Below are positions 9,167-16,899 of a stretch of DNA of 20,759 nt, one piece after another. Source of the stretch: Abditibacteriaceae bacterium (lineage in GTDB: Bacteria; Armatimonadota; Abditibacteriia; Abditibacteriales; Abditibacteriaceae); contig JANPJS010000317.1 of the NCBI GenBank assembly GCA_031425655.1, positions 1 to 20,759 on the forward strand. Direction: 5' to 3'. Position 1 is the stretch's first letter, and the number at the start of each line of letters is the position of its first letter. Made by a program: the position numbers and the translations under genes. The notes under the pieces are model-generated. The model made no database searches, was not told where the DNA came from, and saw only the letters and a list, made by a program, of their open reading frames with translations.

Positions 9167-10624
9167 TCAGCCCATCAGTTTGCCTAATTGAGCAAAAAGC
9201 TCGTCGGCGCTGCGCCCATCGCGGGGAAAAAGCACGAACGCGGCCTTAAGTTGTAATTCGCCCAAAGCGGCGGGTTCGGCGCTAACATTTTCGGGCACAC
9301 AGAGTTCCTGCCACCGCGCACCGACTTTTTCACCTGAGTCGCCCGAATGCGGCAACAAGAGGAACAAATTGAGGCCCGGCAAGGCGCCCGGCGGCGCGAC
9401 GGCGAGTTTATCCACGGCGCGACACGAACGGCGCGCCAACTTTTGCACCGCAACTGCCGCGCGGGCGGCTCCGGCTTCGCCTAACGCAGAGGTCGCTTCG
9501 GCCCAATTGGGAATTTGCAGCCACAAAACGCCGAATTCGTGATCGTAGCGCGCGGCGCGCTGCACTTCTTCGTCGAGCCAGCCGGCGAATTCGCTCAAAC
9601 TCGCCACGCGCTTGCGCGACAAGGCCGGAACCGGCGCGATCTGTTCGCGGGCCGGGCGACGGCGTTCGGGCCGCGTTTCGACGCCTTCTTCAGCGCCATT
9701 TTTTGCCAATTCCAGCAAATAGGCGGCGCGGGCGCGTTGCTGCGCCCACGGCACGCTGACGGACGCGGATTCCGGCGCCACTTCGCTGAGTTCGATGATT
9801 TGCCGCAGGTTTTGCAGGCCGCGCTTGACTAAATAGGCCGCGTAATTGATGGAAATACCCATCTCGCGCGCGATTTCGGTTTTGGTTTTTTCGTCGAAGA
9901 AAAACAGGGTGACGGCACGCTTTTCCAATGCTTTGAGTTGCGGCAATGCCGCGCCTAAAACCATTTGGTCGTCCACGCGCGATTCGTGCGAGTCGTCTTC
10001 CGCAGGCAGCGCCTCGCTCCAATCGGACGCGGAATCATCGTCATCGCGGCGCTGCGATTCCAAGGATTCAACGGCTAAAGTCTGCGTGTTTTTCAAGACT
10101 TCGCGCACGCTTTCGACCTTGATATTCAGCGCCTCGGCGATTTCTTCGGGCAACGGCGCGCGGTCGAGTTGCACCGTCAGTTGCTCGGTCGTGCGGCCAA
10201 TGCGTTGGCGCAACTCCGAATGCCAGCCCGGTTCGTGAATCAAACGGCCCAAGTCGCGCAAATAATGGCGAATTTCGCCCGTTATCAGATGACAGGCGTA
10301 GGTCGAGAACTTGATACCTTTATCGGGATCGAAGCGGTCAACGGCTTTCACCAAACCGATGTAACCTTCCTGAATCAGGTCTTCCATCGGCTCGCCCGAA
10401 GCTGTAAAGCCGCGAGCGCAATAGTCCACAAGAGGCGCGTGAACCAAAATCAAGTGGTCGCGCAACGAAGTTCGGTCGTGATTACGCAGATTTTCAATCG
10501 GGCCGCGCAAGCGACGAAACAAATGGTCGGTTGATTCCACAGGCGCCGCAAAATCGGGCAGTTCCAGCGCGTTTACTCCGGCGCCGGCCTTCAAATCATC
10601 ACTCTGCAAAATTTCGTTGCTCAT
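9167..10624 (-). CDS. Group-3 (SigB/SigF-like) sigma-70 factor fused to a degenerate GGDEF-like C-terminal domain
   Basis: Region 2 EDLIQEGYIGLVKAVDRFDPDKGIKFSTYA...GEIRHYLRD; region 3 EEIAEAL; region 4 KTEIAREMGIS; C-terminal EEVQRAARY...RAVD...FLLLP...FPRDGRSADELF. Confidence 0.88.
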   Translation of the reverse strand: MSNEILQSDDLKAGAGVNALELPDFAAPVESTDHLFRRLRGPIENLRNHDRTSLRDHLILVHAPLVDYCARGFTASGEPMEDLIQEGYIGLVKAVDRFDPDKGIKFSTYACHLITGEIRHYLRDLGRLIHEPGWHSELRQRIGRTTEQLTVQLDRAPLPEEIAEALNIKVESVREVLKNTQTLAVESLESQRRDDDDSASDWSEALPAEDDSHESRVDDQMVLGAALPQLKALEKRAVTLFFFDEKTKTEIAREMGISINYAAYLVKRGLQNLRQIIELSEVAPESASVSVPWAQQRARAAYLLELAKNGAEEGVETRPERRRPAREQIAPVPALSRKRVASLSEFAGWLDEEVQRAARYDHEFGVLWLQIPNWAEATSALGEAGAARAAVAVQKLARRSCRAVDKLAVAPPGALPGLNLFLLLPHSGDSGEKVGARWQELCVPENVSAEPAALGELQLKAAFVLFPRDGRSADELFAQLGKLMG

Positions 10625-10685
10625 TGAAAATTGGCTCCGCGCGGCAATCGCTTAAGTTAAGCAGGAAATGCCAAACGCGACTCTT

Positions 10686-10765
10686 GAAAAACGACAATGC
10701 GCCAAGCCGCAGCGAAGCGAGGAACGACCGGAGCGTAGGCGGTCGGCTACAGCGCCTTGTTCTAC
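10686..10765 (-). mobile_element. attC site (degenerate, last in array)
   Basis: Minus strand GTAGAAC-AAGGCGCTGTAGCCGACC...GCATTGTC-GTTTTTC; follows the toxin stop by 9 nt; same family as the attC at 11518-11604. Confidence 0.65.
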
Positions 10766-10774
10766 CTCTTTAGT

Positions 10775-11117
10775 CTATTGCGGCGGACGATTGACGCGAA
10801 TGAGTTGGCCGTTTATATCTGAGCACTCGCTTAGTGCAGCATCAATTCGTCCGGCTTGACCTATAAAGTCTGCGTCAAAAGTGCAAACATTAATGTCTGC
10901 GTGATTTGGCGTGGTGCGGTGTAAAGCAATAAAGTGTTTGCGATTGATGGTGAGAACGGCGCGCTCTTGTTCCGTTGCAAACGCCAATACTTCGTCATCT
11001 TGAATCGCTTGTTCCGCTTTGCCTGCTTCCCAAACCGTTAAAACGTCGTGGCCCAAGCGACGTAATTCTACAACGAGCAGGATAGGGAAAGTTTTCGTTG
11101 GAATACAGTTGAGCCAT
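10775..11117 (-). pseudogene. DUF5615 (PIN-like, VapC45-type) toxin with a +1 frameshift near codons 10-15
   Basis: ATG 11117 reads MAQLYSNENFPYPA; the family motif continues one base out of frame as VVELRRLGHDVLT...DDEVLAFA..QERAVLTINRKHF; the span is 343 nt (3n+1). Confidence 0.75.
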
Positions 11118-11119
11118 GA

Positions 11120-11449
11120 TTATGCGCTTTCATTCTCTTGGATCTGTGTTTCGATTTCAGCACGGTGAGAGCGCACAAAAGCCCACGCATGAGCTAAATC
11201 CTCCGCGCGAAGCGTCGGATAACTTTTCAAAATATCAGATTCACTTACTCCCAAACGCCGCGCTTGCTCCAAAACCCAAACGGGAATGCGAGTGCGCGTG
11301 ATACACGGTTCTCCACCACAAACACCGATTCTGCTCTCAATACCAGGGAAAGCGTCGCCAATGTCATTGATAACCCATTGAAGCAACTGAGCTTTCTCGG
11401 CGCGTGTAAGAGAAGGGAGTAGTTTTTCGGCTTCTTGCAAGGCACTCAT
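11120..11449 (-). CDS. DUF433 antitoxin (VapB45-like)
   Basis: GVCGGEPCITRTRIPVW...ILKSYPTLRAEDL motif; ATG 11449 after a strong AGGAGGTGA SD; 109 aa. Confidence 0.9.
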   Translation of the reverse strand: MSALQEAEKLLPSLTRAEKAQLLQWVINDIGDAFPGIESRIGVCGGEPCITRTRIPVWVLEQARRLGVSESDILKSYPTLRAEDLAHAWAFVRSHRAEIETQIQENESA

Positions 11450-11517
11450 GATTCTTTTCACCTCCTTTTACGTTTAACAATTTGACGTTTTGGCGACAGA
11501 AACGCTGCGCACAAGCG

Positions 11518-11604
11518 ACAGAACGACCAAGCTCATCGCAGAGGCGCAGCGAGGAAGCACAACGAGCAAAGCTGTAAGAGGTCGGGCGCAGCGCCTTGTT
11601 CGGC
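11518..11604 (-). mobile_element. attC site (87 bp)
   Basis: Minus strand R'' GCCGAAC, AAGGCGCTGCG (L''), imperfect palindrome, GATGAGCTTGGTC (L'), R' GTTCTGT; lies just after the stop of 11620-12096. Confidence 0.75.
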
Positions 11605-11619
11605 TGGTGTTCGGCGCTT

Positions 11620-12096
11620 TCAGGCTTGTTCTTCGACGGCATCAAATACTGGCGTTTCCTCATCATCGACATACAAAACATAGCCGCATTCACAAACGCA
11701 ACTCCAAGGCCTTACTAAATTTTGCTGAGTGCTTCTCTCCATTGGTTTCTCGCACTGTAAGCAAATAACCGTGAATGAGATTCTACTCCATGATAAATTG
11801 TTCGACGCGTCTGATTGGTATTTCTTGTCCCAAAATGGCTCGTATTCATAGGAAAACTGATAGATGATTTCTGTTCTATCATTCGTTCGCCTAATCTCAT
11901 TCCCAATCACTTGCGCTGAATGAGCGTGTCTGGTCGGCGTGCAATATGATGGTTTACCTTCGGGCATAACGACAGTGCGGCGCTGCCGGTTACACACATG
12001 ACAGTCCAGCGATACTTCAACAGGCTTGCCGAGCGCGATTTTGACATCACGACTCATCAAAAGACTGGCTCGAACAGTAGCTTTATATTTCATCAT
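11620..12096 (-). CDS. Hypothetical Cys-rich (putative Zn-binding) gene-cassette protein
   Basis: 158 aa; CHVC, CTPTRH, CLQC and CVCECG motifs; more AT-rich than its neighbours; bounded by the attI-like site and an attC. Confidence 0.75.
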   Translation of the reverse strand: MMKYKATVRASLLMSRDVKIALGKPVEVSLDCHVCNRQRRTVVMPEGKPSYCTPTRHAHSAQVIGNEIRRTNDRTEIIYQFSYEYEPFWDKKYQSDASNNLSWSRISFTVICLQCEKPMERSTQQNLVRPWSCVCECGYVLYVDDEETPVFDAVEEQA

Positions 12097-12127
12097 TTTT
12101 CATTACCGCACACATCCGAGCCGCGCG

Positions 12128-12155
12128 CACCAGCCGAACTACTTATTCTACCGCA
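12128..12155 (-). mobile_element. attI-like recombination site
   Basis: Minus strand GTAGAATAAGTA-GTTCGGCTGGTG; the 12 nt from the GTT crossover are exactly complementary to CACCAGCCGAAC at the attC ending the same cassette. Confidence 0.55.
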
Positions 12156-12351
12156 CTCCCAAAAGAGTTCGGCATTGGATTCATTTGCCGTGTATTATGC
12201 CGCAATTTCGCACCGAAAAGGTCATTTTTCATTCGATTCTGGGTGCGGCATATTACGCGATAAAGAGCGTTTTGTCGCAACATGGCTGCACGCTCCATTC
12301 CTCTATGCCTCATAGTAAATAACACCGAAGATTTCTATTTTTTACGACCGT

Positions 12352-12981
12352 TTATTCTTCTCGTTTTTTCCATTCTTCGTAAGAGATACGCGGCATTTCG
12401 AATAAGTCGGAAGTGCGCGCATACCATCCGCCGCCGTGCATTCGGCCAATTAAACCAAGCGCCTCGGAGCGCACGTAATATTTCTCGGAATCTATTAAAT
12501 CGTCGCGGATATTTATATGAAGAACTTCGCCCAAAACCACGCGCGTGTGGCCAATCTCGATGGTGCAATGCTCGCGGCATTCGAGGTGCGCCGGAGAAGC
12601 GGCGATGCGCGGCGTCTCTACGCAAATCGAGGCGGTTAATTCCAAGCGCGCGGCGGCGATTTCGCTTTCGCCCGGCGGAAAATCCGTCGCGCAGATATTC
12701 ATTTGCTGCGCGAGATTTTCGTCCACTAAATTGATGACAAATTCGCCGGTCGCGCGGATATTGCGTGGTGTATCTTTGGCCGAACCGTCAGGGCGCCACG
12801 ATGGGCCAAGCGCCACAATCGGCGGATCGCTGCCCATCATATTGAAATACGAAAACGGCGCCGCATTGATGCTGCCGTCTTCATTTCTCGTAGTCACGAG
12901 TGCAATCGGACGCGGCACCACGATAGCGGTCAGCAATTTATAGCGATTTTTTGGTTCCAACGTTCGCAGGTCGAATTCCAT
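12352..12981 (-). CDS. Flavin reductase-like (FMN-binding split barrel) protein
   Basis: VVPRPIALVTT, NAAPFSYFN, KDTPRNIRATGEFVIN, IGRMHGG.Y motifs. Confidence 0.92.
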   Translation of the reverse strand: MEFDLRTLEPKNRYKLLTAIVVPRPIALVTTRNEDGSINAAPFSYFNMMGSDPPIVALGPSWRPDGSAKDTPRNIRATGEFVINLVDENLAQQMNICATDFPPGESEIAAARLELTASICVETPRIAASPAHLECREHCTIEIGHTRVVLGEVLHINIRDDLIDSEKYYVRSEALGLIGRMHGGGWYARTSDLFEMPRISYEEWKKREE

Positions 12982-12983
12982 AT

Positions 12984-13601
12984 TTATTCTCGCATCAAAA
13001 ACTCATGCGCTGCGCTCATATCATCGGCGGTTAATCCATGTCCTCCAGCCTGCCAGCGCAACTCGACATCCGCGCCTGCCCAGCGCAATAAATTCGTTAG
13101 TTCTTCGGCGTTTTCGGGTGATACGATAGAATCGTGCGTGCCTTCACACAATAAAACGCGCGTTCCGCTTAAATCGGGTTTTTCTTCGGGCACCAGCGGC
13201 ACCATCGCGCGCAATAAAACCGCGCCGGATAAAATCTGCGGATGCAAAAGCAGCAAAGCCGCCGCGATGTTGGCGCCGTTGGAATAGCCCAGCGCCCAGA
13301 CGTTCTGTTTATCGAATAAATATTCATCCGCCGCCGCGCCGATAAATGCGGTTAATTCCGCCGCGCGGGCGCGAATATCCGCTTCATCGAAAACGCCTTC
13401 GGCAAAGCGACGAAAAAAGCGCGGCATTCCATTTTCCAACACCTTACCGCGCGGGCTGAGCAAAGCGCAACCCGGCGCGACGGTGCGCCCGATTTCGATT
13501 AAATCATTTTCGTTGCCGCCGGTGCCGTGCAAAAGCAACAAAACCGGCGCATCCGGCGATTCGGCAGGAATCCAGCGATGAATAAAATCAAGCTCGCTCA
13601 C
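12984..13601 (-). CDS. Alpha/beta hydrolase (phospholipase/carboxylesterase, MhqD/YodD-like)
   Basis: LLHGTGGNE, GYSNGAN nucleophile elbow, D and GH catalytic residues; coupled to the dioxygenase. Confidence 0.92.
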   Translation of the reverse strand: MSELDFIHRWIPAESPDAPVLLLLHGTGGNENDLIEIGRTVAPGCALLSPRGKVLENGMPRFFRRFAEGVFDEADIRARAAELTAFIGAAADEYLFDKQNVWALGYSNGANIAAALLLLHPQILSGAVLLRAMVPLVPEEKPDLSGTRVLLCEGTHDSIVSPENAEELTNLLRWAGADVELRWQAGGHGLTADDMSAAHEFLMRE

Positions 13602-14569
13602 GGTAATTGGCCTCCGCCCGGCAAGCGCAACGGCGGCACGATGCTCTCAATTTGCGAACGCGCCGATTCCAGATTCTCCGGCAATTTCAGATGCGTGCCG
13701 AGTTGCTCGGCGCTTTCGTCGCTGGTAAAACCGGGCGTATCGGTGGCAATTTCAAAAAGCACGCCGCCGGGTTCACGAAAATAGATCGAACGAAAATAAT
13801 TGCGCTCCATGACCGGGCTGACGTTCGCGCCAAGCCGCTGCACTTTGGCCAGCCAGAACGCCTGCGCCGCATCGTCTTTTACGCGCCACGCCACATGATG
13901 CACAATGCCCGGTGCCATGCCGCCACGCTGCAAGTCGGGCCGCGCCAGCACATCCACATGGCTGCCGGCTTCCATTCCGTCGCCAATAATAAACCGCTGC
14001 CGATTGTCTTCGATTGGCCCGGCCTGCCAATTCATGGCTTCGCGCAAAAACTGCGCGGTGCGCTCAGCATTGTCTTCCGTAAGTTCAACGCGATGAAAAC
14101 CGCGCACCGCATATTTTTCTTCGACGCCGCCCTGCGTCCACGCCGCACGATGTTGCGCGGCTTCGTTTTCGATGAGTTCCAGCGCCATGCCGTCGCCGTC
14201 CTCAAAGGACAGTGCTTTTTCTCCGAAGATTTCGGTTTCCTCGCTCAACACGTTGGCAGCGGCCAGACGTTCGCGCCAGAAATTGAGCGCGCCCGGCGGG
14301 ATTGCGTAAGCCGTCGCGGTGGCCAACCGGGTGCCTCGACGCCGCTCGCGCGGCAGCGCAGCCGCGCCGGGCCAAACGAAAAACGTCAGAGCCGTGCCGG
14401 GCCGCCCCAAATCGTCGCCGTAATACAAATGATACGAGCCGGGATCATCGTAATTGACCGTCACTTTCACAAGGCGCAGACCCAAAACGCCCGTATAAAA
14501 ATCCACGTTTCGCTGCGCGTCGCTGGTGATGGCCGTCACATGATGAATGCCTGAAATTCGCTCCGTCAT
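13598..14569 (-). CDS. Ring-cleaving dioxygenase / glyoxalase (MhqA/MhqO-like VOC family)
   Basis: GIHHVTAI, VKVTVNYDDP..YHLYYG, VHHVAWR, RNYFRSIYFREPGGVLFEIATD.PGF; GGAGG SD. Confidence 0.93.
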   Translation of the reverse strand: MTERISGIHHVTAITSDAQRNVDFYTGVLGLRLVKVTVNYDDPGSYHLYYGDDLGRPGTALTFFVWPGAAALPRERRRGTRLATATAYAIPPGALNFWRERLAAANVLSEETEIFGEKALSFEDGDGMALELIENEAAQHRAAWTQGGVEEKYAVRGFHRVELTEDNAERTAQFLREAMNWQAGPIEDNRQRFIIGDGMEAGSHVDVLARPDLQRGGMAPGIVHHVAWRVKDDAAQAFWLAKVQRLGANVSPVMERNYFRSIYFREPGGVLFEIATDTPGFTSDESAEQLGTHLKLPENLESARSQIESIVPPLRLPGGGQLP

Positions 14570-15546
14570 GGTTTTTCCTCCCGTTTAGCGCCCATTTGGA
14601 AAACAAGATCGTTCGTCGTTTCCGCGTCGGGCTGCTTGTCTTGAAAATCTTCAGTGGCTAAAACCGTCAGCCAACGACCACCCGCCGTGGTTTTAGCATG
14701 AAAACTTTCCTCGGTAATCAGCAAGCGGCAATTGTAAAGTCCGGCGGGCAGATTCAGGCGAGGCGGACGCCCTTTTTCGTGTTCATACCAGAGCTTGATG
14801 GAGCGCGGGCCGAAAGTGTAGCCATAGCCGCGAAACGGCGTTTGCGTGCTTTGAACCGTCCAGACACCGGCCTCGTGATGCTTAAAATTGATCTTTTGCT
14901 TGTCCTGCCAGGTAACGTGAAGCGGCTTATCGGCGACAAAATCGTGGCTGGCGTTGCCTTTTTCGTCGGTTACGAAATCGCCGATAAAAAGATAGCCAAC
15001 CATCGTGTGACGCCGCTTTGGTGAGGCTCTAACGTAAAGCGAACGATAATAATCGTCCCAGCCGCTTTTTTGATCGGTATCGTCCCACCAGCGGCCTTGA
15101 AAACCGAGCGCGGCGTTGGATTTATCGTCGCCAAACTGGCCCCAGCCACGCGCGCCGAATGCGGGTTTGCCGCACAATTTCAGTTGATAAGCAAAATTCG
15201 GCTTCAAATCGCGCGCTTCGATATGTCCGCGAAAAATGCCGCCCTGCTGCTGAAAATCGTAGGTTAAAACCACTTGTCCGGCGCGATAAGAAAACTCTTC
15301 GGGGGTGCCCAGCGTGTTGATAAAAGCGTGAAATCGCGCGTCGTCAATGTCGAGCCAGCGCGGTTTGGCGTCACGCCACGGATCGGCGTAAGGAATCAAA
15401 GCCAACGAACGCGGCTCGCGCATTTCGGCCCGCCACGTCGGAATGGCGGCGTCCTGCGCCTTCAAAAAGAAGGACGAGCCAGTTGCGACTAACAATGCCG
15501 CCAGCGGCCCGATGGAAGCAAGCGTTAATTTCACGGCACGCGCCAC
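14566..15546 (-). CDS. Hypothetical secreted protein
   Basis: 326-aa ORF with a signal-peptide-like N-terminus; overlaps neighbours at both ends (alternative GTG start at 15534 overlapping the WD40 stop); no family recognised. Confidence 0.75.
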   Translation of the reverse strand: MARAVKLTLASIGPLAALLVATGSSFFLKAQDAAIPTWRAEMREPRSLALIPYADPWRDAKPRWLDIDDARFHAFINTLGTPEEFSYRAGQVVLTYDFQQQGGIFRGHIEARDLKPNFAYQLKLCGKPAFGARGWGQFGDDKSNAALGFQGRWWDDTDQKSGWDDYYRSLYVRASPKRRHTMVGYLFIGDFVTDEKGNASHDFVADKPLHVTWQDKQKINFKHHEAGVWTVQSTQTPFRGYGYTFGPRSIKLWYEHEKGRPPRLNLPAGLYNCRLLITEESFHAKTTAGGRWLTVLATEDFQDKQPDAETTNDLVFQMGAKREEKP

Positions 15547-16808
15547 AGTTGAACCGATTTATCAGCGCCCGCAATAGCTAACACGCGGCCATCGGGCGAA
15601 AACGACAGGGCGTTTTGCGGCGAGGTTTTGATTTCTTTGAGCAGTTTTCCGCTCTTGACTTCCCACAGCCACACCGGCGAATTTTTCTTGTTTTTACTGC
15701 CGCCGCCGGCCACGACCGCGTAGTCCGGTGAAAAAGAAAGCGCAGTCACCGAGGCCTGGCCATAAGCCGGGCTTGTCGCGCGCACGAACTTGCCGTCCTG
15801 CGGATTCCACAGCTTAATCGAAGGAAATACGCCATCGCTGCCGGCAGCTAAAATGCGGCCTTGCGCCAAGAGTTGCGCGCTGTCGGGCGCGACGCCGTCA
15901 ATTGTGCTTTCCAGGAGCAAATCGCCTTTGCCGGCCACGTCCCAGATTTTCAGTTCGCCATTTTTGCGGCCTCGTCCCCGCGCGCCCACGCTGACCAATG
16001 ATTTAACATCTTCGGAAAACGCCAGGGCGCGCACGGGATAAACGTGCTGCGAAAGCGTGCCCAGCGCCTGCCCGGCGGCGATGCCCCAAATCTTGATATT
16101 TTTGTCCATGCTGCCGGTTGCAATCGCACGGCTGTCGGGCGTAAAAATCAGCGCCGTGACGGAATCGAGGTGCCCGGCCAAAGTTTTCAGCCACGCGCCG
16201 GTTTGCGCGTTCCAGAGTTTCACCGTGCTATCGCTTGAAGTCGCCAAGATTTTCCCGTCCGGCGAGAAAACCAGCAATTTCACTGGATGTTTGGCTGCAG
16301 GCGCGGGCGGCGGCGCAGTTTTCTGGCCGAGCAAATCGTCTTTGGGGTCTTTGACCGGCTCCGGCGCGACGGGAGCCGGTGTTTCGGTGATGATGGTCGT
16401 CAGCAAATCGCCCTGCTGATTCCACAAAAACACCTTGCCGTCGCCGCCTGCCGCGATGGTCTTGCCGTCCGGCGAGAAAGCCACGGCAACCAGCGGGTCG
16501 CTGGCCAGCAAACGACGCCATTCGGCCAGAGATCGGTAATCCCACGACGGGGCGGCGCCTTCAAAAGCGGCAGGCGTAGCGGCAGAAACCGGCGCTTCGG
16601 GCAACGCAGGTTGAGTTGCGGCAGGCGGGAGCGAGGCGGGAGCGGGCGGCACAACTGCCGGCGCGGGTTCGGGCGCTTGAACCGCCGCTATCGGCAACGA
16701 GGGAATTGGCTGGACTTTCGATAGGCTATTTGGTGCATCGTCGGCCAAAACTGAGACGGCGCATAGTCCGACGGATAAAACTAAAGCTTGAGAATAGGAT
16801 GCTTTCAT
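15531..16808 (-). CDS. Secreted WD40-repeat (beta-propeller) protein with Pro/Ala-rich linker
   Basis: Repeats VAFSPDG..IAAG, GH...VTALIFTPD...ATGS.DKNIKIW, VKLWN; signal peptide from ATG 16808 with AAGGAG SD. Confidence 0.9.
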   Translation of the reverse strand: MKASYSQALVLSVGLCAVSVLADDAPNSLSKVQPIPSLPIAAVQAPEPAPAVVPPAPASLPPAATQPALPEAPVSAATPAAFEGAAPSWDYRSLAEWRRLLASDPLVAVAFSPDGKTIAAGGDGKVFLWNQQGDLLTTIITETPAPVAPEPVKDPKDDLLGQKTAPPPAPAAKHPVKLLVFSPDGKILATSSDSTVKLWNAQTGAWLKTLAGHLDSVTALIFTPDSRAIATGSMDKNIKIWGIAAGQALGTLSQHVYPVRALAFSEDVKSLVSVGARGRGRKNGELKIWDVAGKGDLLLESTIDGVAPDSAQLLAQGRILAAGSDGVFPSIKLWNPQDGKFVRATSPAYGQASVTALSFSPDYAVVAGGGSKNKKNSPVWLWEVKSGKLLKEIKTSPQNALSFSPDGRVLAIAGADKSVQLWRVP

Positions 16809-16864
16809 GGGGTGGCTTCTCCTTCGATGAGGCTGTGATTGGTGCAGCGTTGAGGTTCGGCGAA

Positions 16865-16873
16865 AGTATAGCA
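16865..16873 (-). promoter_or_regulatory. Extended -10 promoter of the WD40-mhq run
   Basis: TGC-TATACT on the minus strand, about 55 nt upstream of ATG 16808. Confidence 0.45.
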
Positions 16874-16899
16874 TTCGTTTTCATCGTTCAAAGCCGCGC

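Noticed and set aside
10686..11604. The two related repeats as a CRISPR array or IS ends
   Set aside because: They are about 800 bp apart, direct, internally palindromic and each follows a stop codon, which fits attC and not CRISPR or TIRs.
12180..12345. Possible intI remnant upstream of the attI-like site
   Set aside because: No tyrosine-recombinase-like motifs recognisable in any frame.
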